Part shown: positions 26,018 to 36,016 of the stretch, piece after piece | How the letters are laid out: each line of letters opens with the position of its first letter | Numbering within the stretch: position 1 is the stretch's first letter | DNA from: Spirochaetota bacterium | GTDB taxonomy: Bacteria > Spirochaetota > UBA4802 > UBA5550 | DNA length: 64,000 bases | Reading direction: 5' to 3' | Assembly (NCBI GenBank): GCA_963663865.1 | Contig: OY760686.1 | Coordinates: 384,001-448,000, forward strand | Notes under the pieces: model-generated | What the model was told of the DNA's origin: nothing | Databases searched by the model: none | Seen by the model: only the letters and a program-made list of their open reading frames with translations | Made by a program: the position numbers and the translations under genes

Positions 26018-28997
26018 GCCTGATGTCGTAAGCCGACTTGTTAATTGGAAGCGGAATCACTTCACCCTGCTCCTCTTCCATCTGGTTTTTGGGCGATTGA
26101 GGTTTGTCAGGGATAAGAGCCCCGTCCTTCCTGCCTGTGATGGAAAGAAGGCGTTCTCTGATGTTAGCGTCATTAGGATCTTCTATGGCGGCCTTCTCGT
26201 AACACGATATGGCTTCGTAAGTCCTTCCGAGCTTTTCATAAGCCATTCCCAGATAGAGATAAAGCGCCGCTGATCGTTCATTTGCCTGGATGGCCTGATT
26301 CAGGTAGTCAACGGATTTTTCGGTTTCTCCCATGGAGAAGAAGAGCACTCCCATTTGGAAGAGTACTTTTGGGTGATTGTTTTTGAGTTTCATAGCCTTC
26401 TGAAGGTATAGAAAGGAGTTGTCGAGTTCCTGGAGAGTCAGAGAAAGTATTCCGAGACGATAATTAGCGTCAAAATTATCCGGGTTTATCTTTAAAATGG
26501 CTTTGTAGATTGTTTTAGCGCTTTCCCAATTACGGCTTCGTTCCAGTTCAACGGCGGTTTCGTAGTAATACTGCTCCTTCGACTTAAGCAGAGAATCAAG
26601 ATACAGCCTGAGGTCTGCTCTGTAGGATGAGTATTTCTTCAGGTCAAAAAGCAGCGATGTTTCAGCTTCATAGTCTTCAGCCGCCTCTGAGTATTCAGCT
26701 CTTTTTACTGTCGAGTACATGTCTGGGTAAGAGGCTATATCTCTCTGGAGGTATTGGAGGGAATAATAATCCTCCTTGCTAATTGTTTCAAGGAAAACAG
26801 AATTAGCTGTGAAATAATTATTGAGCTGAGTTTCTGACAACAGCTGTTTATTGTCTGAAGGCTCAGATATGTAAATTCTCTGCCCGACATTTTCTGTTCC
26901 GTCAGAGATGGTTTCAAGCTTTGAAGACCAGAAATGACTTAACATATGATTTGGATGAAAGAACAGTGTCTTGAAAAAATCATCTGAGTTTATTATTTGA
27001 TTTAAATAGTTAAGCCGGTCGGGTGTTACCGCAAGAGAATCCGGGGAGTCGGAGCAAAGAATGAGAATTGTATCGGAAAAAACGTAAACAGAGTGGTGAG
27101 TGAAAAGCTGTGAAAGCGATTGAACCGCGGAGTCGAGGAAGCCTTTCCTCACGAATAATGTATTCAGCGTAAGGGCGAAAATGCCGTCTTTTTTTATGCG
27201 GCTTTTAACGAGGGACAGATAATTCCTGGAAAACTTGAATTGGTTAATAGACTGGTCGAGAAGGTTTGGACATTCAATAATAGTCCTGTATCTTGTCCTG
27301 TTGTTGAGCAGATAGAAAAAAGCATCATGGTTCTCACAGGCGTAAAAGCGTTCTCCGCTTATGGGCAGACTTCTGAAATCGGTGAATGCCGGCGCCAGCG
27401 GCTGTATGCAGTAACTTGACTTAAACAGCGGAATGGCGGGATTCCGAAGGAAACTGCCGTTCCCGTCTACTATCAATACTTTTTCCTGTGAGTCTTCATT
27501 TAGCATCAATACCGGAATATATGATCTTACCATATTTTTGACGGTGCTGTCAGAGAGCTTGAAAGCAGGAATCCCGTCAATTTTAATCAGAGAGCGGTTG
27601 GAAATATAGCGTGCGTTGAAATTCGTACTCTGGAGATCCTGAAAGTTTTCTGCTCTCATTATGAAAGGTGTATTCTCGGCGGATAGACTGAGGTAAATGT
27701 GAGAAAAGACCGCTGACGGAACAAGGAGCATCGCGTAAATGACAAACCCGGCTTTTCGGAACCTGTGTACTTTTCCTGAAAAAGCGTAAAGGCCCGGCAG
27801 GATAATATTGATGCAAATAATGCCGTACAGTAAAAGTACAAACATGAGGTTAGTGAGTTCAAGAAAGGAGAGAGCTGCCCCGAGAGGGAACGGCATAATC
27901 AGAAAAGCAATATCGAGTATTTCATACCTTTTATTGTGTTTGAATCTGGAAATAACGACTCGTGTTATCTGCGATAGAATGTAGCCGAAAAACATAAATA
28001 GCGGGGCTATAAAAAGCAACCCGTGGAACACGCTGATTTTTTCTCCTAACAGCAGCAGCGTATGTTTGTACGCAAGGAAAAGCGGCGGAATTGCCAGAAG
28101 GGAAAGGACATGAGAAAATCGCAATCTGGGAATCTTGCCGATAAAAAAACCGATTGCGGAAGCAATAATTGCAATAACAGTAAAAAGGGTCTTTGTATAA
28201 AAAATCTTGCCAAACGACTTCATGAAAACTGAATAGGTTAGAAAGGAGTATATCACTATAAGGGCTATTCCAAGATAAATGAATAGGATGCTGTCATTTG
28301 CCTTTTCTTTTTCCTCAACGCCGGGGAGAGTGTCTTCGTACCTGTGAGCAATCATTATTTGCGGATTATAGCTGAGTTTGATGAAGGGGATGGAAACTAA
28401 AACCGTGAAGGCCGATATCGCGGCGGCAATTCTAATTGATGACGATGCGTCCAAAAATTGAGGAAGATACTGACCCGCGCCTGTCAGCAAGCCTGCCGAT
28501 AAGCCTGCTGCGGTAAGAAATAGAAAGCCGCTGAGGGGCTGCCTGTCGTCGATGAAATTACCGCTTGAGACTTTCAGGAAGTAATTTGCCTTTATTCCAA
28601 GGCAGAAGAACGTGATAAATAGAACCGCCGCAGGGAAAAATCGAGAATAGCTGTACATTGAGATCAGCGGATCTGTGTCTGCCGGAAAAACCCAGGCCCG
28701 GAGAATCAGCAGGAGTGCGGTTGAGGCGGCAACAAAATCCGAGGCGATATAGACGGCTCTGAAGGACCGCTTTCCTTTCAGCAGAAATCTGCCGGCAATA
28801 TTGCCGAGGAATAGGGCCCCTGCGAATATAAGAATTAGCCTTTGAAGAACAGGTTCATATATAGCATAATACTTGATGGAGGCAGCCAGATCGGTAAGAA
28901 TAAATCCAACCGCGAGAGAAGAGAAAAAGGCGTTGAAGTATATAAGCCTCCGCTGCATTATATTTGAATAGCTGAATTCCTGCAAAAAAGTCATCAA
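25995..28997 (-). CDS. Multi-TM protein fused to a degenerate spermidine-synthase-like domain and C-terminal TPRs
   Basis: About 12-13 TM segments, then KVLIVDGNG..DAFFYL..RYRTII..FSRNYLSLVKSRIKKDGIF, then at least four TPRs. Confidence 0.75.
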   Translation of the reverse strand: MMTFLQEFSYSNIMQRRLIYFNAFFSSLAVGFILTDLAASIKYYAIYEPVLQRLILIFAGALFLGNIAGRFLLKGKRSFRAVYIASDFVAASTALLLILRAWVFPADTDPLISMYSYSRFFPAAVLFITFFCLGIKANYFLKVSSGNFIDDRQPLSGFLFLTAAGLSAGLLTGAGQYLPQFLDASSSIRIAAAISAFTVLVSIPFIKLSYNPQIMIAHRYEDTLPGVEEKEKANDSILFIYLGIALIVIYSFLTYSVFMKSFGKIFYTKTLFTVIAIIASAIGFFIGKIPRLRFSHVLSLLAIPPLFLAYKHTLLLLGEKISVFHGLLFIAPLFMFFGYILSQITRVVISRFKHNKRYEILDIAFLIMPFPLGAALSFLELTNLMFVLLLYGIICINIILPGLYAFSGKVHRFRKAGFVIYAMLLVPSAVFSHIYLSLSAENTPFIMRAENFQDLQSTNFNARYISNRSLIKIDGIPAFKLSDSTVKNMVRSYIPVLMLNEDSQEKVLIVDGNGSFLRNPAIPLFKSSYCIQPLAPAFTDFRSLPISGERFYACENHDAFFYLLNNRTRYRTIIECPNLLDQSINQFKFSRNYLSLVKSRIKKDGIFALTLNTLFVRKGFLDSAVQSLSQLFTHHSVYVFSDTILILCSDSPDSLAVTPDRLNYLNQIINSDDFFKTLFFHPNHMLSHFWSSKLETISDGTENVGQRIYISEPSDNKQLLSETQLNNYFTANSVFLETISKEDYYSLQYLQRDIASYPDMYSTVKRAEYSEAAEDYEAETSLLFDLKKYSSYRADLRLYLDSLLKSKEQYYYETAVELERSRNWESAKTIYKAILKINPDNFDANYRLGILSLTLQELDNSFLYLQKAMKLKNNHPKVLFQMGVLFFSMGETEKSVDYLNQAIQANERSAALYLYLGMAYEKLGRTYEAISCYEKAAIEDPNDANIRERLLSITGRKDGALIPDKPQSPKNQMEEEQGEVIPLPINKSAYDIRLGDSAAE

Positions 28998-29266
28998 TTT
29001 AGCTCCATAGAAAGTACTTGTATTTAATCTTTCCTTATCGCAAATAATTACAACAATTTTTCATTATTTATTTTCAAATAGGCGAAATATTAACATAAAG
29101 ATGCGATGTATTCCATGATTATACAGCGCTATGATTCTGCAAAGGCTTAAAAAAGATATTTTTATAAAGGGGTGGATAAAGCCGCTTGCTGGCTCTGGAG
29201 TGTCAGGGATTTCAGAGTCTGTTTTTATCTAAAACCGGGGCCATAAGCAGCCGATCAGTGACAGGG

Positions 29267-30544
29267 GTGGCTAAATTGAAAAAATATATTCTGCTTTTTG
29301 CTCTGTCTTTGATTACAGTTGCAGCAATATCTCAGGACTATAAGGGGCTTATTCAGACAGGTGACTACTCGGGAGCTCTGAAGATAATCAATTCAAGGCT
29401 GAAGGAATACTATGAGTTGAATATTGAGTACAGAAAGCTTCCTTCACCTTTCATTTCTGATAGAGAGAATATAACGCTTCCTGACTTGAAAAAGCTGTTT
29501 CGTGAAAGAAAAGTCAGGCCTTTCTTTATAGAGGAAAAACCTGAAATAGCTGAGCTTCACCTTGAGGCAGGCAGGTGCAGTATCGCGATCAAGCAATACA
29601 GAAGCGCTGTTTCCCATTTGATACAGTCGTTAAGATACAGAGCGATTGAACCAGGCAGAGACGATGTTGTTTTTGCGGAACTCGCCAGGGCGCATGCTCT
29701 GTCAGGAAACATCAGAGGACAGGTAGACGCGCTTGAGGCCGCTTTTTCCCTTGCACCGGATAAATACAATTACTCGCTTGAATTAGCCGGTATTCTTTCG
29801 CGCGGCGTTGACAGGAAGAGGGCAATATTTCACCTTGAAAGGTATATCTCATCGCTTTCAGGCGATGTTGATCCTGAGCTGTACATAAAGCTTGCCGGTC
29901 TACACGAAGCGGAAGGAGGCTACCTTGATGCTGAAGCTTCCTATGTCAAATATCTTGAAAAGAAAACCCGGGACGGCGGAGTCCACTTTGCTCTGGGAGT
30001 AATAAGCTGCCGCAGGACCGGAAATTTCGCTCTGGCCCGAAGATCTTTCACCAGTGCACTGGAGCTGCTTCCGGAAGAAGACTATTTCCGCAGGTCGAAG
30101 AGCTATGAACATATCGCAGATATGTTCATGAAGGACGTTGAGTATCGAAAAGCTATTGAAGCATATCTCAGGACTGTAGATTTTCAGAATAATATGCTAA
30201 AAAAGGTTGCTGATTCCAGCAAAAGAATAGACGAGCTGTCAGAACGAATAAGGTTAATAAAGGCGGAGCTTGTAAATAAGCGTAATTATGACAGATATAT
30301 GGAGTATGAAGATATCTCTGCTGAAAAGGGCAGACTTGAAGTTGTTCACGAAAGACTGAAGCACGAATATCAGAAGCTCAACCCTGGCGCCGTGCGGTGG
30401 AATTTGGCGCGGGCTTACGAAAGCACTGGACAGCTTGAAGATGCAGTCAGGATGTACCGGGATTCTCTTTCGCTCGGATATAATTCGGCAAAATCAAGAG
30501 AGAACATGGAAAAATTACGATTGAAAATAAAAAGGGGATATTGA
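29267..30544 (+). CDS. Exported TPR protein with a coiled-coil insertion
   Basis: Signal peptide (KKYILLFALSLITVAAIS) and TPRs. Start GTG 29267 or TTG 29276 (ORF track 29186). Confidence 0.8.
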   Translation: MAKLKKYILLFALSLITVAAISQDYKGLIQTGDYSGALKIINSRLKEYYELNIEYRKLPSPFISDRENITLPDLKKLFRERKVRPFFIEEKPEIAELHLEAGRCSIAIKQYRSAVSHLIQSLRYRAIEPGRDDVVFAELARAHALSGNIRGQVDALEAAFSLAPDKYNYSLELAGILSRGVDRKRAIFHLERYISSLSGDVDPELYIKLAGLHEAEGGYLDAEASYVKYLEKKTRDGGVHFALGVISCRRTGNFALARRSFTSALELLPEEDYFRRSKSYEHIADMFMKDVEYRKAIEAYLRTVDFQNNMLKKVADSSKRIDELSERIRLIKAELVNKRNYDRYMEYEDISAEKGRLEVVHERLKHEYQKLNPGAVRWNLARAYESTGQLEDAVRMYRDSLSLGYNSAKSRENMEKLRLKIKRGY

Positions 30545-30607
30545 ATCATTGTTTTAGTCGGAATCCCGTAATAAACAATCAAACGAGAAAGCAATGGAGG
30601 TGTACCC

Positions 30608-31363
30608 ATGTCCGGACACTCAAAATGGGCCACTATCAAAAGAAAAAAAGGCGCGTTGGATGCCAAACGCGGCGCTATGTTTACCAAGATAATTCGTGAA
30701 ATCACCGTTGCTGCTAAAAACGGCGGTGAGGATATTGACGCTAATCCGAGGCTCAGGACCGCGGTCAACAAGGCCAAGGCCGCGAATATGCCTAATGACA
30801 ATATCGAGAGAGCAATTAAAAAAGGTGCCGGTACTCTTGATGGGGTTGTTTACGAGGAAGTAAGATACGAAGGATACGGTCCGGGCGGTGTCGCAATAAT
30901 GGTAGACTGCCTTACGGACAATAAAAACAGAACAACCCCAGAGATAAGGACTATCTTTAACAAGAACGGCGGCAACCTTGGAGAAAATGGCTCTGTGAGC
31001 TACATGTTTGACCGCAAGGGGATGATTATCATCGAATCCGAACAGACAACAGAAGATGATGTCATGGAAATGCTCATTGATTTTGATATTGAGGATATCA
31101 AAACAGAGGGAGATAGCATTGTCGTAACAACCGGCCCTGACGCCTTCCAGGATGTATCTGATTTTATGCAGAAAAGCGAATTGTCACTTTCAATGAACCA
31201 GCTTACTCTTGTTGCAAAAACCACTGTACCTCTTGATGAGAAGAAGGGTGCGCAATGCCTGAGAATTATTGAGCTGCTTGAGGATCAGGATGACGTTCAG
31301 GATGTTTATTCAAATGAGGATATCCCTGATGATATAATGCTGAAGCTTACTGAGGGGCAGTGA
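30608..31363 (+). CDS. yebC: YebC/PmpR family protein
   Basis: MSGHSKWATIKRKK, YEGYGPGG and TDNKNRT. Confidence 0.97.
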   Translation: MSGHSKWATIKRKKGALDAKRGAMFTKIIREITVAAKNGGEDIDANPRLRTAVNKAKAANMPNDNIERAIKKGAGTLDGVVYEEVRYEGYGPGGVAIMVDCLTDNKNRTTPEIRTIFNKNGGNLGENGSVSYMFDRKGMIIIESEQTTEDDVMEMLIDFDIEDIKTEGDSIVVTTGPDAFQDVSDFMQKSELSLSMNQLTLVAKTTVPLDEKKGAQCLRIIELLEDQDDVQDVYSNEDIPDDIMLKLTEGQ

Positions 31364-31848
31364 GGATACTCGGAATAGACCCGGGATATGGGATTCTCGG
31401 GTGGTCTGTTGTTGAGGACAGTCTAAAGCTTGTTGATTTTGGTGTAATTGAAACATCAGCGCGTTCGGCCCTGCCAGAAAGGCTCTGCGAAATATATGAG
31501 GGCATGAAGAAGATTATTGAGCACTACAGGCCCGGGTCCGCTGCGATAGAAAAGCTTTATTTTTCACGCAATACTACTACCGCTCTTGATGTGGCACGCT
31601 GTCTTGGTGTGGTAATTCTGGCCTTGAAGCAGTCAGATATAGAGTACTCGGAGTACAGCCCCTCGCAGGTTAAGCTTGCTGTTTCCGGCTACGGAAAAGC
31701 TGGAAAGGGGCAGATGCAGACCGCCGTGAAGATGCTCTTCGGTATCAGCGATGTCCCCCGGCCTGACGACGCGGCAGACGCCGCTGCCGTGGCAGCCTGC
31801 CACTGCCTGAGCCTGCCTTCAGCCGGAATGAGAAAGTCAGGTTTTTAA
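31360..31848 (+). CDS. ruvC: Holliday junction resolvase RuvC
   Basis: ILGIDPG, AIEKLYF, GYGKAGK.Q and PDDAADA. GTGA overlap with yebC. Confidence 0.95.
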   Translation: MRILGIDPGYGILGWSVVEDSLKLVDFGVIETSARSALPERLCEIYEGMKKIIEHYRPGSAAIEKLYFSRNTTTALDVARCLGVVILALKQSDIEYSEYSPSQVKLAVSGYGKAGKGQMQTAVKMLFGISDVPRPDDAADAAAVAACHCLSLPSAGMRKSGF

Positions 31849-32259
31849 CAGCAGCTGTATCTCTACAGTGTTGCGGTTCCCGCTTCTCGAATAGCTGACA
31901 TTGTCGGCAAGCTTTCGAATCATGTAAATTCCAAGACCGCGTTTTTTGCCTGAAGCGGCATGCACATTGATATCGGGCAGATTAACCCTGGTAAGGTCGA
32001 AGCTGTCTCCCCGAAAGGATACCTTTACTGTAAGCTTTTCACTATCGACAAAGCTTTCTACAGAAGCCTCTTCACCCCGGTGACCTTCGGGGATGTGCTC
32101 AACAGCGTTAACAAGAAGCTCATAAACTGCAAGTTCTGCCTTTGAAGCTGTGATCTCTGAAACCCCGTTAGCAAGTGCGAATTCAGAAATGCGGGAGCGA
32201 AATTGATCTGCTCCGCTTAAGCTGAGTATAATCCGGTAAGAGTCGCTGACTGGTTTCAA
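31837..32259 (-). CDS. RsbW/SpoIIAB-like anti-sigma factor Ser kinase (HATPase_c)
   Basis: N-box ELAVYELLVNAVEH and G-box RGLGIYMIRKLAD. Confidence 0.88.
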   Translation of the reverse strand: MKPVSDSYRIILSLSGADQFRSRISEFALANGVSEITASKAELAVYELLVNAVEHIPEGHRGEEASVESFVDSEKLTVKVSFRGDSFDLTRVNLPDINVHAASGKKRGLGIYMIRKLADNVSYSRSGNRNTVEIQLLLKT

Positions 32260-32597
32260 AATGAATCCATAGCCTCGCCGTCGGTTTCATATATTTTGAA
32301 GATTGAAGTGAATCCGAGGAGTTTGAAGATCTTCTGGATTTTTGGGTTAAGGGATGAAAGCTTCAATCCTCCGCCGCGGGCGTTCAATGTTTCATTAATG
32401 CTTATTAGTACACCCAGGCCGGCACTTGCAATATAATCGAGCTGCGGCATACTGCATACAATCCTGTAGGCCCCGCGGCCGATCTCTTCCTCCATCTTTT
32501 TCGCGAAGCGGGGGGCGTTTTCAGCATCAAGGCTGCCCCCAATTTTGATGAGGACTACGCTGTCGTGTTTTGATGATGAATACTGAAGAGTTGCCAT
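32256..32597 (-). CDS. STAS anti-anti-sigma factor
   Basis: GSLDAENAP and LDYIASAGLG. ATG 32597 (ORF track 32648). Confidence 0.92.
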   Translation of the reverse strand: MATLQYSSSKHDSVVLIKIGGSLDAENAPRFAKKMEEEIGRGAYRIVCSMPQLDYIASAGLGVLISINETLNARGGGLKLSSLNPKIQKIFKLLGFTSIFKIYETDGEAMDSF

Positions 32598-32613
32598 ATA
32601 AAAATTCCTGGGA

Positions 32614-32982
32614 TCAAGATTCTGGCCTGATGCTGTCAAAAAAAGCAACGGCCAGGTCTGCTGTATCGTAAATGCCTACAAAGTCTGTAATGCCTACAAT
32701 GTCCATAACACGAATAAAATGCCCGGAAAGGCCGACAAACGCAATTCTCCCATCCATCTCGTTCATTCTCTGGATTATTGTAATCAGCGTGGCGATGCCG
32801 GATGAGTTCAGATAGCTTGTCAGCTTGAAGTCGAAAATTACCATGTTTTTTTTGTAGCGGTGCAGCATGGTACTGAAGACCCTTTTTACATCTTCATCTG
32901 CCTCAGAAGTTAAATCGCCCTCTATCGCTATTAGTGGGTAGCCTGAATACTCTTCCGGCCGTATTTTGTGAGAATATTTCAT
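32614..32982 (-). CDS. STAS anti-anti-sigma factor
   Basis: IEGDLT and FDFKLTSYLNSSGIA. Confidence 0.9.
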   Translation of the reverse strand: MKYSHKIRPEEYSGYPLIAIEGDLTSEADEDVKRVFSTMLHRYKKNMVIFDFKLTSYLNSSGIATLITIIQRMNEMDGRIAFVGLSGHFIRVMDIVGITDFVGIYDTADLAVAFFDSIRPES

Positions 32983-33101
32983 AAAATGTCCATGCTTAAC
33001 ATTAAATTTAACAACGCAGGAAGCGTTTCCATGAAGCTGGATCCGGGCTGCCCGAACTTAAGTCTATTTAAGAATCACGCGTATTAATACAATATGTTAT
33101 T

Positions 33102-33129
33102 ATGATATTGGAGTTTTTCAAAGTGTCAA
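33102..33129 (-). promoter_or_regulatory. Putative sigma70 promoter of the STAS-STAS-kinase operon
   Basis: Minus strand TTGACA (33129-33124), N16, TATCAT (33107-33102). Confidence 0.5.
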
Positions 33130-33316
33130 GAAAAATATACGATGTACTCTTTCATCCTTAATTTCAGCTTTTTTTTATGAGAGTCAGCAGGTTGAGAAAG
33201 GAAAGAATAAGATGTGGTAATGACTTTTGTGCTTTAATATTTGACAAATAATACTCTGTGGAGTTTCGTTTTTATATTCAGCACAATAAAAATAATTATA
33301 AACGGGAATAATATAT

Positions 33317-33883
33317 ATGGAGAACAGAATCGGACATAGAATCAGGCGGATAAGGGAAGGCCTGGATATTTCGAGGGAGCAGCTTGCTGAAAGGTCTTCA
33401 CTCTCCCTGCTCCAGGTAGAGAAAATTGAATCGGATGAGCTAATACCCTCGCTCACGCCGCTCATAAGAATATCAAGGGCGCTGGGAGTCAGGCTGGGAA
33501 CATTTATGGATGACTGTGAAAGCGAAGGCCCTTCTGTTTTCAGGGGAGAGGGGAGGGCGAGCGGGATCAACTTCTCCAATGAATCATCTCAAAGCCGGAC
33601 TGCGATGACATACTTTCCTCTTGCGGCGGATAAAGCCGGACGGCACATGGAGCCTTTCGTTATCGATATCGCCGGAGGCAGCGATGAGCACATTCTATCG
33701 ACTCATGAAGGCGAGGAGTTTATATACGTGCTTGCAGGAGAGATTGAGATTGAATACGGGAAGGATGTCTACAGTCTTTCAGCCGGCGATTCTATTTACT
33801 ATGACTCAATTGTACCTCACCATGTACACGCTAAAAACGGAGTCGACGCTAAAATAATCGCAGTAGTATATGTGCCGGTGTGA
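33317..33883 (+). CDS. XRE-HTH + cupin transcriptional regulator
   Basis: N-terminal HTH ([16 protein letters not shown]) and cupin [22 protein letters not shown]. Confidence 0.93.
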   Translation: MENRIGHRIRRIREGLDISREQLAERSSLSLLQVEKIESDELIPSLTPLIRISRALGVRLGTFMDDCESEGPSVFRGEGRASGINFSNESSQSRTAMTYFPLAADKAGRHMEPFVIDIAGGSDEHILSTHEGEEFIYVLAGEIEIEYGKDVYSLSAGDSIYYDSIVPHHVHAKNGVDAKIIAVVYVPV

Positions 33884-33887
33884 CATT

Positions 33888-35543
33888 ATGAATAACATGA
33901 TCGAAAAGACTATTGGACAGATTCTTGAGGAAAATGCGCAAAACTATCCTGACAGGGACTTTGTTGTTTACTCAGATAGAGATCTTCACTTTACGTACCG
34001 TGAATTTAACAAAAGGGCAGACCTGTTTGCAAAGGGCCTTTTGGCTCTTGGGGTTAAGAAGGGAGATCATGTCGGGATATGGGCGACCAATGTTCCTGAC
34101 TGGCTGACCGTTGCCTTTGCAACGGCAAAGATCGGGGTAGTCATGGTTACGGTAAACACAAACTACAAAAGCCATGAGCTTGCCTACCTTATGCAGAATT
34201 CCGACCTGCATACAATCTTCATTATTGATGGATTCAGGGACAGTGACTATGTAAGCATAATAAACGAAGTTGTACCGGAACTGAAGACCAGGCAGAGAGG
34301 CGATCTCGTATCAAAGGAATTTCCAGGTCTAAAAAACGTAATCTTCCTGGGCCCTCAAAAACACAGGGGAATGTACAATACTGGCGAGCTGCTGCTGCTC
34401 GGCAGTCAGACAGGCGATGATGAGTACACCGCGGCATGTTCAGGGCATGACTGTCACGACGTAATCAATATGCAGTACACGTCCGGGACTACGGGTTTTC
34501 CCAAGGGCGTAATGCTTACACATCACAATATCCTCAATAACGGGTTCTGGATTGGTGAATGTCAGAAGTTCACTGAAAATGAAAGGGTGTGTTTGCCCGT
34601 TCCTCTGTTTCACTGTTTTGGAATTGTTCTGGGGATAATGGCCGTGGTGTCACACGCGGCTACGGCTGTGCTTATCGAGAGCTTTGACCCTCTCATGGTA
34701 CTCGCGTCAGTCCAGAAGGAGAAGTGCACGGCTCTATACGGGGTTCCAACGATGTTTATTGCCGAGCTTCATCATCCTATGTTTAATATGTTTGATTTGA
34801 GTTCCCTCAGAACGGGGATAATGGCCGGGTCACCCTGTCCTATTGATGTCATGAGGCAGGTTATTGAAAAAATGAACATGAAGGATGTTACGATAGCCTA
34901 CGGCCTGACGGAAAGCTCTCCGGTAATGACTCAAACCCGCACTGATGATCCTATTGAGGCAAGGGTTTCTACGGTGGGCAAGGAACTGCCATTCGTGGAA
35001 GTCAGGATAGTCAATCCTGAAACCGGAGAAGAATGCGCTGTGAATGAACAGGGAGAGGTTTGTTGCAGAGGATATCTCGTGATGAAGGGGTATTACAATA
35101 ATCCTGAAGCTACAGCTGAGGCTATTGACCAGGATGGCTGGCTTCATTCGGGGGATTTGGGCGTAAAAACCCTTGAGGGGTATTATAAGATAACCGGACG
35201 CATAAAAGATATGATAATCCGGGGGGGAGAAAATATTTACCCTCGGGAGATCGAGGAGTTTCTCTACTCGATGCCTGGAATTAAGGACGTCCAGGTTGCG
35301 GGTATCCCTTCCCCAAAGTACGGTGAACAGGCCGGTGCCTTCATCATTCGTCAACCTGGCACTGAATTTACCGAGGAAGATGTCATAGATTTCTGCCGTG
35401 GAAAGATATCAAGGTTTAAGATTCCGAGATATGTCTTCTTCGTTGACGGTTATCCAATGACAGCTTCCGGTAAAATTCAGAAGTACAAGCTCGGCGACGT
35501 AGCTCTGAATATACTTAAGGAAAAGGGTGTCGAGGTAATTTAA
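33888..35543 (+). CDS. AMP-binding acyl-CoA synthetase
   Basis: [45 protein letters not shown] and [11 protein letters not shown] 33888 (ORF track 33870). Confidence 0.96.
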   Translation: MNNMIEKTIGQILEENAQNYPDRDFVVYSDRDLHFTYREFNKRADLFAKGLLALGVKKGDHVGIWATNVPDWLTVAFATAKIGVVMVTVNTNYKSHELAYLMQNSDLHTIFIIDGFRDSDYVSIINEVVPELKTRQRGDLVSKEFPGLKNVIFLGPQKHRGMYNTGELLLLGSQTGDDEYTAACSGHDCHDVINMQYTSGTTGFPKGVMLTHHNILNNGFWIGECQKFTENERVCLPVPLFHCFGIVLGIMAVVSHAATAVLIESFDPLMVLASVQKEKCTALYGVPTMFIAELHHPMFNMFDLSSLRTGIMAGSPCPIDVMRQVIEKMNMKDVTIAYGLTESSPVMTQTRTDDPIEARVSTVGKELPFVEVRIVNPETGEECAVNEQGEVCCRGYLVMKGYYNNPEATAEAIDQDGWLHSGDLGVKTLEGYYKITGRIKDMIIRGGENIYPREIEEFLYSMPGIKDVQVAGIPSPKYGEQAGAFIIRQPGTEFTEEDVIDFCRGKISRFKIPRYVFFVDGYPMTASGKIQKYKLGDVALNILKEKGVEVI

Positions 35544-36016
35544 TACAACCGCTTTTCGGGGGCGGGCTTATTTCTGCTGCCCGCATCCCCTGTGACTTTA
35601 TTCCCGCACAGGGACAGGCTCCCTGAACAGACATCGCCTTCATCTTTCTGCATAAGGCTTTTCAACTCGGCTATTCGGAGCTTGTTGAGTCTGGAAATGT
35701 ACACAGCCCTGCACATTGATTTGGCCGAATAAGCCTCGTCCTGCGGATACAGGAGTTCTGTCATTGAATCTCTGTATCTCACCCATTCGGTATGAGCGGA
35801 TCTTAACAGGGCTAAATATTCCATATTATGCCTGTAGTGATGATAAAGCTCAGCCATGAGCGATTTTAGCTCCTGCTCCGACCGGGAAACCTCATCAGAG
35901 GCTTTCTGATTTTCAGTGAGCTGCGAAGATGGGTACAGCGATACAGGTGCCGTTAAAAGCATCCCCGAGATACAAAGACACTTGAAAAGTAATTGAAATG
36001 TCTGTTTTTGTTTCAT
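35540..36016 (-). CDS. LprI/DUF1311-family exported protein
   Basis: Signal peptide and helical [16 protein letters not shown]....R..EL pattern. Confidence 0.75.
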   Translation of the reverse strand: MKQKQTFQLLFKCLCISGMLLTAPVSLYPSSQLTENQKASDEVSRSEQELKSLMAELYHHYRHNMEYLALLRSAHTEWVRYRDSMTELLYPQDEAYSAKSMCRAVYISRLNKLRIAELKSLMQKDEGDVCSGSLSLCGNKVTGDAGSRNKPAPEKRLY

